DNA of 62,986 bases, the filler included, from Octopus bimaculoides (lineage: Eukaryota), in NCBI RefSeq assembly GCF_001194135.2. It is 5 parts of 5 records of this genome, joined end to end, with 100 filler letters (N's around TTAATTAATTAA, not from the genome) between each part and the next. Parts side by side here need not be neighbours in the genome. Positions count along the whole stretch, not along the records: positions 21,877 to 47,695 come from NC_068982.1; positions 47,796 to 60,709 come from NC_069003.1; 3 more parts are not named here. One strand, given 5' to 3'. Positions 36,361 through 50,790 of the stretch are shown here, one piece after another. A program made the position numbers and the translations under genes. The first letter of the stretch is position 1; each line of letters starts with the position of its first letter. Under the pieces are notes generated by a model. It saw only the letters and a list, made by a program, of their open reading frames with translations. It did not search any database and was not told the DNA's origin.

Positions 36361-38114
36361 TAATAGTGTTTTACACATATTTTGAGGAATTATTCACGTG
36401 AACACTTTATCATCATTTTCATATTCCCCTTCCCCCACCACTAACACTTTCACTACCACGACCACAACCACAACCACAACTGATACAAGTTTCAATATAC
36501 TGGAGAGAAAAAAATAACAAGAAAATAACTACTTTTACTTTGTACAACACTCCACCACAAACATCTGGATTTTGTCAAGAGTCTCCCTCGCTTATTGATC
36601 AATTTTACCACCCCACTACCTCTTTTGCACCATATTCTTTTAACTGTGTCAGCTTATAGAGAAAAATAACTGTTCATAATGATAGTCATAAGAATTTCTT
36701 TTGACTTGATGTAGTACAAAAGGTCTTGTATTTTAAAGAAGGCAGGAAGGTAGGAATTAAATGGGTTTATTGGAGATTGCAGCATTCATGCGTTTCCCAA
36801 GAGCATTAATTCTTTGAAATGTAGTGCATTAAAGTGAAGTGTCATTACGACAAGAAGCGAAACCACATCAACTAAATTCAGTAATCTCAAACGTACCTTT
36901 GGTTCTGTGGCATTGTCCCCATTATGGTAATGCTAATGGTTTAAGTTTTCTCACTAAGCAAGACACCCAATTTGTGAAAAGTTTTGGGATGTATGGACAA
37001 TTTTAATGCTAATCAAAGCCGCCGTCGTCGTCGTCTTCTTCGTCACCATCATCATCAAGATCATCATAACAATAACAAAGGTTTCAAATTTTGGCACAAG
37101 CACATCAGTTTTAATGGAAATGGGTTAGTCGATTACATCGTCCCCCAGTACTTTACTGGTACTTTATTTTATCGGCCCTGAAAGGATGACAGGTAAAATG
37201 TAGCGTCGCAAGAAATGCTGCTAAGCATTTGTCCGACGAGTTGTCGACTCTACGAGAACAATATCATCATCTTCATCCTCATCTTCGTCTTCTTTCTCCA
37301 CCTCCACCTCTTCCTTCTCCTCCTTCTCCTCCTCCGCCTCCTCCTCCGCCTCCGCCTCCTCCTCCTCATCATCATCATCATCATTATCATCATCAAAATC
37401 TCCACCTCCAATTCGTTAGATCATCTATATTACAAATCAAATACAAAAACAACTTCAAACCAACGAAGAAACAAGTTGGTCATCGCTCGACGTGTTAAAA
37501 ATAGCAGCCAAAAGCTGGATGGTCACGGCCGAGACGCCTTTGATAATAAGTATGCTTCATGGGAGATTGCCTGAAGTTAACAACAACAACAGCCACGAAC
37601 ACAACACCTATCACCAACATCACTCGACTATTTCCGCCAACGCCAGCATCATAATTACTCTTGCCACCGCTACTCGCTACACAACGTACACTATCATCTA
37701 TAACACAACCCCCACTAACACCGTACACGAAATATTACTAACGTAAACACCTTCCTTCTCAAGGACCATTGGTACTAACACTAACATCACTATATTCGTT
37801 TCTTAGCTAGACATAATAAATGTGCAAGAAATCAAAGTTCTTTTACAATCCATTTATTACATGGTAAAGAAATTCCATTTTTGAAATTTCATTTTTTTCT
37901 TTAATTTTCTTCGCCAACATGTAATGCAGTGGAAGTTTAAGAAAACAAGACTTTCAGAAAGAAAAAAAATTGTTATGTATGCGAATGGTGTGTCGGGGCG
38001 TGTGTATGCATATTTATAATATTCTTTTTAACTTTGGAACAAGGCCATCAAATTTTAGTAGGGTAGGCAGGTCGATTACATCGAGACTAGAACTTAACTG
38101 GTATCTCATTTTAT

Positions 38115-40245
38115 CAATCCTGAAAGGGGGTCGTATCTTGGATGGATTTTAAAATTGATGCCAACATCATTTGTGCAATATTGATGTAATATTTTCCACA
38201 TCGCACAAATGATGTAGCGCTCCCGGCGGCGTTGGAGGGAGTAGAGATTGAGTTTTTTAGTCGACCCCAATAGTCAATACCTCTCATGCCGTCTATCTTT
38301 CTTGTTATTGACTTCTGGAGTGCTTCACTTTCATAATGAGTTGCTTTGTATGGGGAGACCACAGTGGGAAATAGTATTTAAGGTGGGATCGGGAAATAGT
38401 AGAGTACAGTAGAATGATGGTGTAGGTGTCTCTAGACTGGAAAATTCTCAGAATCCAAGAGCGCATCTTGCGGGTCAAATCTACCTTGCTGTTTACGTGG
38501 GAACTCCAGCTTAGATTGTTATCAACAATTACTCCAAGGTTGCTGGTGTTGTTTGATGATACTTGGGAATCGCCCGAAGGAAGAGTATATGGTAATTTCA
38601 GAGTATCATCTTTTCCAAAGTGGATCAAATCAAACTTATCTTCATTTAGAAGCATATTGTTTTTTTGTTTTTTTCGCCCATTGGACAACAGCAAACAAAT
38701 CCGACTGAAGGCATGTTCGGTCTCCCATACCGTTTATGGCTTTCTGGAGTTTGGAATCATCTGCAAAGATTTTCAATGTAGAATGTTTGATGACATCTAC
38801 TATGTCATTGATGTAGATATTGAAGAGGAATGGGCCCAACACAGTACCTTGTGGGACACTACTGCTGACTTTGGCTGAGCTGAATCGTATTCCCTCAAAC
38901 ACATGTTGAATTTTGTTCATCAGGAAACACTTTATCCACTGCTGTAGCTTTCCACGGACTCCAGTGTTGGACAGTTTCTTCAGCAGGATTTTGTGGTCCA
39001 CTCTATTAAATGCCTTACTGAAATCAAGGTATATGATGTCAGCGTTGGAGCCTTCTCCCAACGCTTTTTAAGATGTCATCAAAATGGTGCAGAAGCTGCG
39101 ACAGGCAGTCCCTACCATCACGGAAACCATACTGGTTGGGATTCATCAGATTATTGTCTTCGAGGAAGCGAGTTATTCGCGATCTCACCACCCTCTCAAA
39201 TACTTTAATGATATGAGAGATGAGTAAAATCGGACGGTAGTTCACTGCAAGAGATGTGTTTCCCTTTTTGAAGACTGGAACGACAGATTGGGAAAGAAAA
39301 TGATCAGGAATGTAGCCTGCATTAAGTGAGTTTCTCCAGAGCTCAGTTAGAAGGGGTGCATTTTGATGTCGACACATCTTCAGGATAATGGCCGGGAACT
39401 TATCGAGACCTACTGCCGAGTTTTGCTTGATCTTATTTATTTCTGTTAGGATATCAGAAGCACCAAAAGTTATGTCAGATTTGGTTAGTTGAGGGATTAG
39501 ATCACTAATACTAGCCAGATCAACCTCATTAGCGTTAGATGAAAACAACACTTTGGGATTGAGTTTTAGGATTGAGTTTTAGGATTGAGTTTTGTATACT
39601 TATCCTAATGGGGTATGTTTTGTGCACATATTTGTTACAGTATCTACAAATGTCTGCCATGAGGTGTTTATTTTTTTTTTGGGGGGGGGGGCGTGAATGC
39701 NNNNNNNNNNGGTGTTTATTTTTTTTTTGGGGGGGGGGGCGTGAATGCCCAATCAACTTGTGAAAGACCATGATTGATCGCATCCCAGTCTGCGTTAAGA
39801 AAATTCATAGTGTCAAATGGATGAGCGGGAGAGATGTCATTGGATTTGATCTCTGGGTGGTAGAATCTCAGATTGCAGAGAACCATATCATGGTCTGAGA
39901 GTAATGGTGTTTTTCCAACTGCAATATTATGTAAAGTGTCAATGTGGTTACTGAACATTAGGTCCAAGCTGTTTTTGTGACACCTTGTTGGTTCGAGAAA
40001 ATGTTGGGTCAGGAAAACCTCATCCATGAAATCAAAAAGCAATTCGATTGCTTCCTTATCAGGGGTTGAGGTGGAAAAATCTGGTTTCAAGCTGTTTGTG
40101 GACCAATCAACACTGGGAAGGATGAAGTTCTCCATCATTAATATGTTCTCTACATGACACTGATGGAAGAAACACTTATTACTGTTGAGGTATTCCTTGA
40201 AGCGTAGTAAAAGAGTTAAGGGCGGCCTATAGAGCCCCAACTACT
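38115..40245 (-). mobile_element. CR1-clade LINE ORF2, 5' truncated, internally deleted and frameshifted
   Basis: APE endonuclease (LYRPP, ENFILP.VDW, LDLMFSN, LSDHDMV) 39716-40240; RT (NYRPILLISHIIKVFE, QYGFR, YLDFSKAFNRVDH, VPQGTVLGP, IFADDSKL) 38300-39551. Confidence 0.92.
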
Positions 40246-41477
40246 ATTAAATTGTTGGTTTTACTATACACAGAAGCTGCTTCATAATAGCCATTGGTAA
40301 ACACTGCGATCTATTGAGTCTCTTCTCACGAACGTATTCGTACTGAAAATCGAGATCGAACGAGCTTTTGCCCTTTCGCTCGACGTGTGGTTTCCGTCCA
40401 GCCGAAAAAGAATCGTGCACGAAAAAGGCGGTCCCACATATAAATAGTCACACAAATCCATACACATAGACACGCTCAAACACACACACACAAGAAGACA
40501 CAGGTACGCACGCAAACTCACACACACACACACGCACACACACGCATACATACATACATTCAAACATGCACACGCAAAAACATGAATCTGCTGAATATAT
40601 ACATACGTACACACACGCATGTATGCATATATGCATACACACACATCCATACATACATACATATGTGTATACACGTGCACGCTGAAGCATACACAAGCGC
40701 ACAAACAAACAAAAGGAACGCAGCTGCGATAATGCACAGAGTCAACAACTATTGACAAGGTTGCAAGAAGCAACGAAAATGCAGGAAGAAAAATATATAT
40801 ATATATATAAATTGAGTGGAAATCGAACTGGTGAGTGTGTTAGCTAATAAGGCGTAAAGACAAAATGACTCTCCCCAGACACAACAAAATTTGCTTCAAC
40901 ACATGAATTCACATAAAGAATCTTACAAAACAAACACAAAAACGAAATATATNNNNNNNNNNNNNNNNNNNNNNNNNNNNNNNNNNNNNNNNNNNNNNNN
41001 NNNNNNNNNNNNNNNNNNNNNNNNNNNNNNNNNNNNNNNNNNNNNNNNNNNNNNNNNNNNNNNNNNNNNNNNNNNNNNNNNNNNNNNNNNNNNNNNNNNN
41101 NNNNNNNNNNNNNNNNNNNNNNNNNNNNNNNNNNNNNNNNNNNNNNNNNNNNNNNNNNNNNNNNNNNNNNNNNNNNNNNNNNNNNNNNNNNNNNNNNNNN
41201 NNNNNNNNNNNNNNNNNNNNNNNNNNNNNNNNNNNNNNNNNNNNNNNNNNNNNNNNNNNNNNNNNNNNNNNNNNNNNNNNNNNNNNNNNNNNNNNNNNNN
41301 NNNNNNNNNNNNNNNNNNNNNNNNNNNNNNNNNNNNNNNNNNNNNNNNNNNNNNNNNNNNNNNNNNNNNNNNNNNTCTATATATGTGTATATACATATAT
41401 TCACACACACACATAAATAGTCATAGATATAAATATATGGTTATGTTTGAGTATTTTCTGTTGGATATGAAATAATC

Positions 41478-41690
41478 CTTTCTACTATAGGCACAAATCC
41501 TGAAATTTGAGGGAAGGGGTCAGTCGATTAGATCAGCCGCAGTACGCAGCTGGTACTTAATTTATCGATCCCGAAAGGATGAAAGGTAAAGTCGACCTCT
41601 GCGGAATTTGAATTCAGAACGTAAAGACAAACGAAATACCACTATGCAATTTTCCTGCCGTAATAATGATTCTGCCAGCTCGCCACCATT
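41478..41690 (-). mobile_element. Type B SINE, full length
   Basis: Colinear with 1453-1666. Confidence 0.85.
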
Positions 41691-41984
41691 TTGAAATGAA
41701 ATAATGACGTAAATCATGTTTATTGAAAGAATAAATTCATATTCGCGCGTGAATATGTATATGGGTATAAATTGTAATTCCTACTTGTCCATTCCAGAGA
41801 AGATTCGATTATCATTTAATTATATTGCAACTATATCGCTTCTTGTACATCCACTGAGTGATATTGATGCATTAACGATATTTTCATATCAAACATAATA
41901 TCTTACTATAAAATTTCTTAACCTTCTCATTGCTTTTTCGTTTACATATGTACGTGTGTGTATGCTTGTGCGAGTGTATACAAC

Positions 41985-42019
<35 letters not shown>

Positions 42020-43485
42020 CATGCATACANNNNNNNNNNNNNNNNNNNNNNNNNNNNNNNNNNNNNNNNNNNNNNNNNNNNNNNNNNNNNNNNNNNNNNN
42101 NNNNNNNNNNNNNNNNNNNNNNNNNNNNNNNNNNNNNNNNNNNNNNNNNNNNNNNNNNNNNNNNNNNNNNNNNNNNNNNNNNNNNNNNNNNNNNNNNNNN
42201 NNNNNNNNNNNNNNNNNNNNNNNNNNNNNNNNNNNNNNNNNNNNNNNNNNNNNNNNNNNNNNNNNNNNNNNNNNNNNNNNNNNNNNNNNNNNNNNNNNNN
42301 NNNNNNNNNNNNNNNNNNNNNNNNNNNNNNNNNNNNNNNNNNNNNNNNNNNNNNNNNNNNNNNNNNNNNNNNNNNNNNNNNNNNNNNNNNNNNNNNNNNN
42401 NNNNNNNNNNNNNNNNNNNNNNNNNNNNNNNNNNNNNNNNNNNNNNNNNNNNNNNNNNNNNNNNNNNNNNNNNNNNNNNNNNNNNNNNNNNNNNNNNNNN
42501 NNNNNNNNNNNNNNNNNTATATATATATATATATATTAAGAGATCACTTCTAAAAGGTTTAAATCCAGATAGGATTATTGCTGATGGGTTTCATAAAAAT
42601 TTAACTTAAATGTAGTTTTTATTTTAATCTTCACAATAAAATTAATGATTCGATATTTTGTAAGGTTTGCATTAATAATAAATCTAAACACGCTTTTTAA
42701 AATGCTTAAAATATAATTAAACCTGTTTACTGTGGAATTAAAATTTTTATCGTGTTTTTACTGAACACAAAACTCGATAAACGTTATTATTACTTTTTTT
42801 GTTATGAAAATATAAAAGAAGAGTATTTCACATGTAATATGCCTCGTTGTTAACAATGGATTTTCACACTTCCATAATTGTAAACCGTGGAGTGCAAGTG
42901 ATATTTTAAAATACATAAACGAAATTTTATTGATTCTTTTCAATTCTGATTTATGTCAGTTTAACGTTGTTAGTATATTCAGAACCTTGTATTTTATTTG
43001 ACACTGCTTGTATTTCACTTGATTTTTATTTATGAACACCAAAAAAGAAATTATTTTGGGCGCAGGCAAGTTTGTATGTCTCAACAGTTCGTTTCGGAAC
43101 CATGTCGTTCTAGATTCGATATTACAAGCAGCGCGTTCAATAAACGTCTCATTCGATAACTTCGGGTTGACCAACGTTTTATCCAGAAAATTTGATATAT
43201 GTACGATGTGAGTAAGTCCATGGTGCATGTCCACATCTTTCTTTTCCCGGTTGGAGTTATAGAGTTTTTATTTTGTCCTGATTTACGCTCGGTAGAAAGG
43301 CTATCAGGAAAAGATAATTTTAAAATAATCGGGGTATTGTTCTTTTCGTCATTCTTTGCTCAACAATTCGCTATTAACATTCTAAGAAGGTTTCGAAGTA
43401 TTGGACTGTAGACAACAAAACTGAGTTTGATGTTGAATTTGAGAAAAGTCTTGCATAATTTTGCTGTCCCGCTAACAGATTATGA

Positions 43486-43817
43486 AGGTACATGGTTCAG
43501 TGGTTAGGGCGTCAGGCTCACAATTATGATGTAGTGAATTCGGTTCCCGGACTGGGCTGTGTGTTGTGTTCTTGTGCAAGACACTTTATTTCACGTTACT
43601 CCAATTCACTCAGCTGTGGAAATGATTTGCGATGCCACTGGTGCCAAGCTGTATCAGCCTTTACCTTTCCCTTGGGTAAGATTGGAGGCATGGAAAGGGG
43701 AGACTGGTACGCATGGGTGACTTCTGATCTTCCATAAAACAACCTTGCCCCGACTTGTGCCTGGGAAGGTAACTTTCTAGGTCCAATCCCACGATCATAA
43801 CGCAAGGGGGTCTTTTA
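43486..43817 (+). mobile_element. tRNA-derived SINE (type C)
   Basis: A box TGGTTCAGTGGTTAG, B box AATTCGGTTCCC, GCAAGACACTTTATTTCAC core. Confidence 0.75.
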
Positions 43818-44630
43818 ACAGATAGCAATTTTAATGTTCGTGTTAGCTGGTTAAATTATTTTTTCTGAAAACTAAACTTTTCCAGATTGTCATTTAAGCA
43901 TTTACTAACAAAACCAAATGCATCAAATTTTTATTGGGAATTTTTAATCTAACTTTTAAAAAATTATTTGTATTCTAACGTCTTTGCTTAAATTACATAA
44001 CCTCGTTTTCTGGTGAGTATGTTTATAAGCCTACCCTTTTCAATCGATCCTTGGACACTTTTATAGAAATAAAGACATGCTGAATTTTCATCTCTTAAAC
44101 AATTGACATCTTTTATAGCATTCTAGGATCTGGTAAGCTAGAATCGTTTAACATAAATACAGGCGGTGGCGGTATTACAAAGAACTTCATACACCCCAGT
44201 TTTCATAAACAAATTGAAACTTAAATTTCTCTCGCACTCTTTGTACCTGATAGTATTAGCTATGTCGAGAAATCTCCCTTAGAGGCTATATACAGTGAAC
44301 ATTCGAAATTCACACCACGAAGATTTGGCCTTGTTTTGAGCCAAAAAATATTTCAGACATGTATGATCAAAGATAAAAACACAAGCCAGTGTTCCATACT
44401 GCCACCGATCTGCTAGAATTATCAACCACATTTCTTTCAAACTACTCCCCGCCGTTCTACAAAGCTCAAATAAATGCTTCCATGGAGTTACGTTTACATA
44501 TTTAGGTTAGCGTAATTCTTTCGATCACAAGGATCCTAGAGGATAACCATGAAAACAAAACAGCTGTTGATAAACTGAGCCTCTCGTCTATATTTCCGCA
44601 CCAATCGAGTCATGCTTCTCTTTATCCCCA

Positions 44631-44678
<48 letters not shown>

Positions 44679-46289
44679 TACTTTTTTCAACAAGGAGTAC
44701 GCAAGGAGGAAAGGGGGACTGCCTTTTCGTCCGAAGCCTCTCAACTTTATCATAAATATTCCGTTTCTCTAGTGCACAGGTCAAACTTTAAATGCAATTA
44801 TTTATTCTGAAGATCGTTAAAAAAATTGAAATATCGATACTGTAGAATTCAACGCACTCTTATTTCTAAAGCTGGGTCGAAATAACAAATTAAGTAACCT
44901 TCAATGTGTTTGCTTAACAACAAGAAGTTTTATAACAGCAAATGAAGTATTATAACTCACACTTAATTTAGAAACCCACTGATAGTACACCTTGAACACA
45001 AGAATATATTATTATCATAAAAACAAATGAATCTTCGAAGGAGGTAGCTACGGATAGAAGACAAATTTCTAATAAACAATGCAGTGTTAAGTATAACAAG
45101 AACAGTTTAAATTTTAAGTTTGCTGTTGGAAAAACAATTTCTTTGAAATTCTAGAAGCTTCCATATTAGCAAATTCTTCAGAGAGGCTTGTAATGTTACT
45201 ATCTCAGTCCCCGTATCTCTTTTCCGTTCGAAAGAAGGCGAAAAAAAAAGAATCGTTATGGGAATTATTAAACAATAACTTCAGAAGGGTGAAATACTAA
45301 AAAGAACGTAAAAGAATATTCTCTAAGAAAAACAAAAGAACACGAATATATATATNNNNNNNNNNNNNNNNNNNNNNNNNNNNNNNNNNNNNNNNNNNNN
45401 NNNNNNNNNNNNNNNNNNNNNNNNNNNNNNNNNNNNNNNNNNNNNNNNNNNNNNNNNNNNNNNNNNNNNNNNNNNNNNNNNNNNNNNNNNNNNNNNNNNN
45501 NNNNNNNNNNNNNNNNNNNNNNNNNNNNNNNNNNNNNNNNNNNNNNNNNNNNNNNNNNNNNNNNNNNNNNNNNNNNNNNNNNNNNNNNNNNNNNNNNNNN
45601 NNNNNNNNNNNNNNNNNNNNNNNNNNNNNNNNNNNNNNNNNNNNNNNNNNNNNNNNNNNNNNNNNNNNNNNNNNNNNNNNNNNNNNNNNNNNNNNNNNNN
45701 NNNNNNNNNNNNNNNNNNNNNNNNNNNNNNNNNNNNNNNNNNNNNNNNNNNNNNNNNNNNNNNNNNNNNNNNNNNNNNNNNNNNNNNNNNNNNNNNNNNN
45801 NNNNNNNNNNNNNNNNNNNNNNNNNNNNNNNNNNNNNNNNNNNNNNNNNNNNNNNNNNNNNNNNNNNNNNNNNNNNNNNNNNNNNNNNNNNNNNNNNNNN
45901 NNNNNNNNNNNNNNNNNNNNNNNNNNNNNNNNNNNNNNNNNNNNNNNNNNNNNNNNNNNNNNNNNNNNNNNNNNNNNNNNNNNNNNNNNNNNNNNNNNNN
46001 NNNNNNNNNNNNNNNNNNNNNNNNNNNNNNNNNNNNNNNNNNNNNNNNNNNNNNNNNNNNNNNNNNNNNNNNNNNNNNNNNNNNNNNNNNNNNNNNNNNN
46101 NNNNNNNNNNNNNNNNNNNNNNNNNNNNNNNNNNNNNNNNNNNNNNNNNNNNNNNNNNNNNNNNNNNNATATTCATTTGAGGATTTCTTCTAGGTGTTAA
46201 CCATCACTCTCGTGTTTGGCTGGAAGGCTTTATTTATTGTCTTCCTCTATCGTTTCAAATTACATTTGTTTACTTTCGTACGTCCAAAC

Positions 46290-46695
46290 AGTATTTTCAT
46301 GTTTGCTCGAGCCCTAACTCTACACAGATCTTGTAGGTGCCGCCGATATACGAAGTTCTCAGTCTTATCGTTAAAGGCACAAAACTGAGTATTAGTATTT
46401 TTCGGTCGATAACTGATGAAGAATTACGGTCCTTCTGTGTCTGTCCTACGTGTACATTTTGTAGTATTTAATGCATTTCTCATTTATATATCCCCCTGTA
46501 ATATTTTGTTTGCTCGAGCCCTAGTTCTCCGCAAATCTTGTAGGTGCCGCCGATATATGAAATTCCTAGTCTTATTATTAAAGGCATGAAACTAGGTATT
46601 AGTATTTTTTTGATCGATAACTGATGGAGTATTAGGGTCCTTGTGTCTGTCCTACGTGTACGTTTTGTAGTATTTAATGCATTTTCCATTTATGG
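46290..46695. repeat. Diverged tandem duplication, period about 207 bp
   Basis: GTTTGCTCGAGCCCTA at 46301 and 46508; TCTTGTAGGTGCCGCCGATAT and TGTGTCTGTCCTACGTGTAC repeated. Confidence 0.9.
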
Positions 46696-47269
46696 AATAA
46701 CTGAACGCCACGCATCTCGACTTTTGTTAATACTAAATACATACTTATACACACACGCAAACACACGCACACACACGCACGCACATGAAAAGATTACTAA
46801 ACAGAATTTCGTAACAGAAGCAATAATGTATGCTGGAATGACGGGAATAATGAGACCTGTAGTTAAATGAGTTCTGTTACTCAAAAGAAAGTATATATTA
46901 TTTAAGAATGTCAACAATACGTCTAAGGTGAAACAGCGCAGCGTAGAATTCTACATACTAAACACAAGAATACTGTAGGGTCTAATATATAGAACTTTGG
47001 TCAACTGAAATTAACCGAAGAATTTGTTGATAAAATGTGCCTCGGTGTGTGTTTAAAATTGAACAATTCCAAGATAAGGAGATACTTCTGTAAGATCAGT
47101 CGCTCGAAATCTTTAGCCATACACACTGTTGCTGTCACCAGTTGTATTCAAAGATTCAGTCTTTAAATGCTATTGATTTTAGAAACGATCATATTCCAAT
47201 CAAATAAGGTCTCTTCAGTGAAGTACATTCTAATCAGTTACCAAGTCTAACTATGATCACTAAATAAGA

Positions 47270-47392
<123 letters not shown>

Positions 47393-47561
47393 AAACATCC
47401 ATTCATGAATTTAGTTATTCATTAATTTTTTTTTAAATACATATTTTACCTGTGAATTTGTGTGTGTAAACTGGGAATGCATACAATGAGCTTCTCTGCC
47501 CTAGGTGTACGGAAAACACCCGGCGAGAGATGGAAGAAAATTTAAAGAAAGAAGAAAAAAC

Positions 47562-47598
<37 letters not shown>

Positions 47599-47859
47599 TG
47601 CAGTACCAGGCACTGACTCTCATGGCTTCTGATCTTAACTGATTGGAAGTGTTATCATGTACATTGTTTTGTCTTGGTATAAAAAGATGGGCTACNNNNN
47701 NNNNNNNNNNNNNNNNNNNNNNNNNNNNNNNNNNNNNNNTTAATTAATTAANNNNNNNNNNNNNNNNNNNNNNNNNNNNNNNNNNNNNNNNNNNNTATAT
47801 ATATATATACATCTACCAGCTCACAGCCTTAATAATAATAATAATAATAATAATAACAA

Positions 47860-48185
47860 CGGTTTCAAATTTTGCCACAAGAGCAGATTTTGAAGAATGG
47901 GATGAGTCGATTACATTGACCCCAGTCTCCTACTGGTACTTATTTTATCGACCCCGAAAGGATGAAATGACATGTCAACCTCGCGGGATTTGAACTCAGA
48001 CCGGAGCGACGGGTGAAATAGCGCTAAGCATTTTGTCCAGTGTGTTAACGATTCTACCAACTCGCCGCTTTGATAATAATAATAATAATGATTTCAAATG
48101 TTTCCACGACGGCAGCAATTTTGGAGGAGGGAACTAATCGATTACTTAATTTATCGACCCAAAAGGGGTGAAAGGCAAATACGAA
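47860..48185 (-). mobile_element. Chain of type B SINEs separated by (AAT)n
   Basis: Full copy about 47860-48068, deleted copy about 48090-48185, AAT runs on all sides. Confidence 0.75.
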
Positions 48186-49144
48186 CTTTGTATAGTAAGA
48201 GGTGAGCTAAAAGCAGGTAGTTGAAGAAGGTATACAGGCCATAAACCATTGCAACGATGTGTGTCCACAAAGCTAAACACTGAGGCATAACTTCACTTTG
48301 AATAGATATAGAAAGATATTCTTGAAGTAACTATGTTGTTACATAGCCGGGAGTTGTTGAGGAGAGGGGGCAGGGGAAGACGGTTACACGGACCCCTGCA
48401 GTGCTTGAATGGTACTTATTTTATAGACCTCAAACGAATGAAAGGTAAAACCAGGAGAAATAGTGCTAAGCATTTTGACTGGCATGCTAAAGATGCTAGT
48501 AGCTCGCTGCCTTAAATTAGCTAAAAATAATGAATGAAATGAATGTGAACGCATGTGTTCGTTATTGGCATAATAAAAATATGAAATACTTCCATATCTT
48601 TTACTCTTATCTACATTCTGTCTCTGCACCCATCTCCCCATAACAAATATTTTATCTATTTATTTACCTATTCATATATTTTTATTTCTTTCGCACACTT
48701 CATCTCTGACTTCCAGTCTCTAAAATTGTTTGCCTAGATTATTTCCTCGACAACAATTTTATTCAGCTTTATTTCGCTAATGTTTATTTGACTAATGTTT
48801 ATATAATTTTCGCTAATGGCCTATCGACTTATCTAAGAGATTCCATCAAATTCAAAATGTAACAACGTCCTGTCCAATAAGCTTTCAATGAGTATTTGAT
48901 TAGTTGCAGGCTAATTCTCACTGTACAACTCAAAAGCACTGGCAACCAACGTATTTTTTGCAATACATCAATTCTGTTTAATGATCGATTGCATGAAACT
49001 CGGAGTAATTAACGATTGTAAGACTTCTCAGCATCAAGCAAGCACAGGGTTTATTTTTTCTCTCTTTCCTTTTCCTTTCCCCTTTCTTTTCACACACGCG
49101 TGCGTACGGCTACGCAGCAAGACACAAAGAAGTTGCGTCCACGA

Positions 49145-49218
<74 letters not shown>

Positions 49219-49392
49219 GTATGTATATGCTTCTGTGAATATGCGTATGGGTTTGTGCGTGTGTATGTGTCCTTCACAGCATACATGCTGGCATCAATCC
49301 ATCAATAGATACACATGTTACACACATATAATCACTGACATTTAATCTCATATTTTCATTTTAATTCCCTGTGAGTGTGTATATGTGTGCGC

Positions 49393-49455
<63 letters not shown>

Positions 49456-50790
49456 CTTGTACATGTATATGCATACACACACGCATATATATGTATACAC
49501 ATATAATGATATAAATACATACATACACACATTTATGCATGTGTGTGTGTTTGTATGTGTGTTTGTGTATGTGTGTGTGTGTATTCATAATTGTACGGAT
49601 ATATACACACCGGTATGTGTGCCATGAACGGACTGGAATATATAATACCTATTTGAAGTTAGAACATAACACTAACTGTCGACACATTATTTCCAGTTAA
49701 TTAGGAAAGACACCAAAGGAACGGAGCCATTTATTAGCTGTACGTTATATCTCTTGCAAGCATAAATGCTACACACAACAAGAGAGGTATGATTAAAAGA
49801 TGTTTATGACACCAATAATTCAACTAATAGCAGGAGATATATATTATATATTAGAGAGTAGACATATATTCCAGCCGAGGCATTAAATATTTATTGCATC
49901 TATCATTGGACTACTCCTAAATGTCTCTGCGAACGCACAAATAATGAAGTAAAACCCACAGCATTTAGTTTGCAGAATCGTAGGAGTGTCGAACAAAATG
50001 CTTTACTGTATTTATTGCGTCTGAGTTCAGTCTTCGCCGAAGAAAATTTCGTATATTTTTATCCTTTTGAATCTATAATATAAAATTGATATTAGGTACC
50101 TAATCAATGCATCTTGAGCAAGTCTTTTCTAATATAGCCCCGGGTTGGCCAAAGCCTTAAGTGTGGATTTGGTAAGCATAAGCTGGAGGTCCAGTAAAAC
50201 CAGCCATTTTCTTTCTTTTCTGTTTTTTTTTCTGGCCCACGTGTTCGATAGTATGATGACAGAGTGCTGGCGCACGTTGGTGACAGGCTGTGAATTTGAA
50301 GGGACATCCGTTTCCAGTATTGAGTACTATTTATGTTGCCGTGGCATGATGTTATTGAATCAGTACACCAGTCATTGTTTAGTGACGTATGAACAATTTG
50401 GCAGCAACAGTCTTTATATGGGCGTAAGGAAATTTAATGGTATTATATTACAATAGAGACGGCATGACGGACATAAGTGGCCTGTAGGCTGTATGAACGA
50501 CAGGAATTAAATACTTGGCCTTTGAGTTCTGGACAGCTAAATCTAATGTGGTATGTCAAGTTTGTCTGCTGCCAGTTCATAAACAGAGCGCTCCCCTTAT
50601 AGCAACAATAAAATGACAGATCCACAAGCATCGTTCAAGGCTTCATGATCTCTGTAGTACCCGTCCACGTCACGTCTCACAGCATTTATATATTCTACAA
50701 AGCATTGAGCATCGGTCTTGAATTTGGCATTTCTGTCACCGGCGCCAATAACCATGATCGCGGTAACTCTTTTTCCAATATTCAATGACT

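Noticed and set aside
39663-39748. 38-bp direct repeat containing T/G homopolymers
   Set aside because: The two copies flank a 10-N gap; most likely an unmerged contig overlap.
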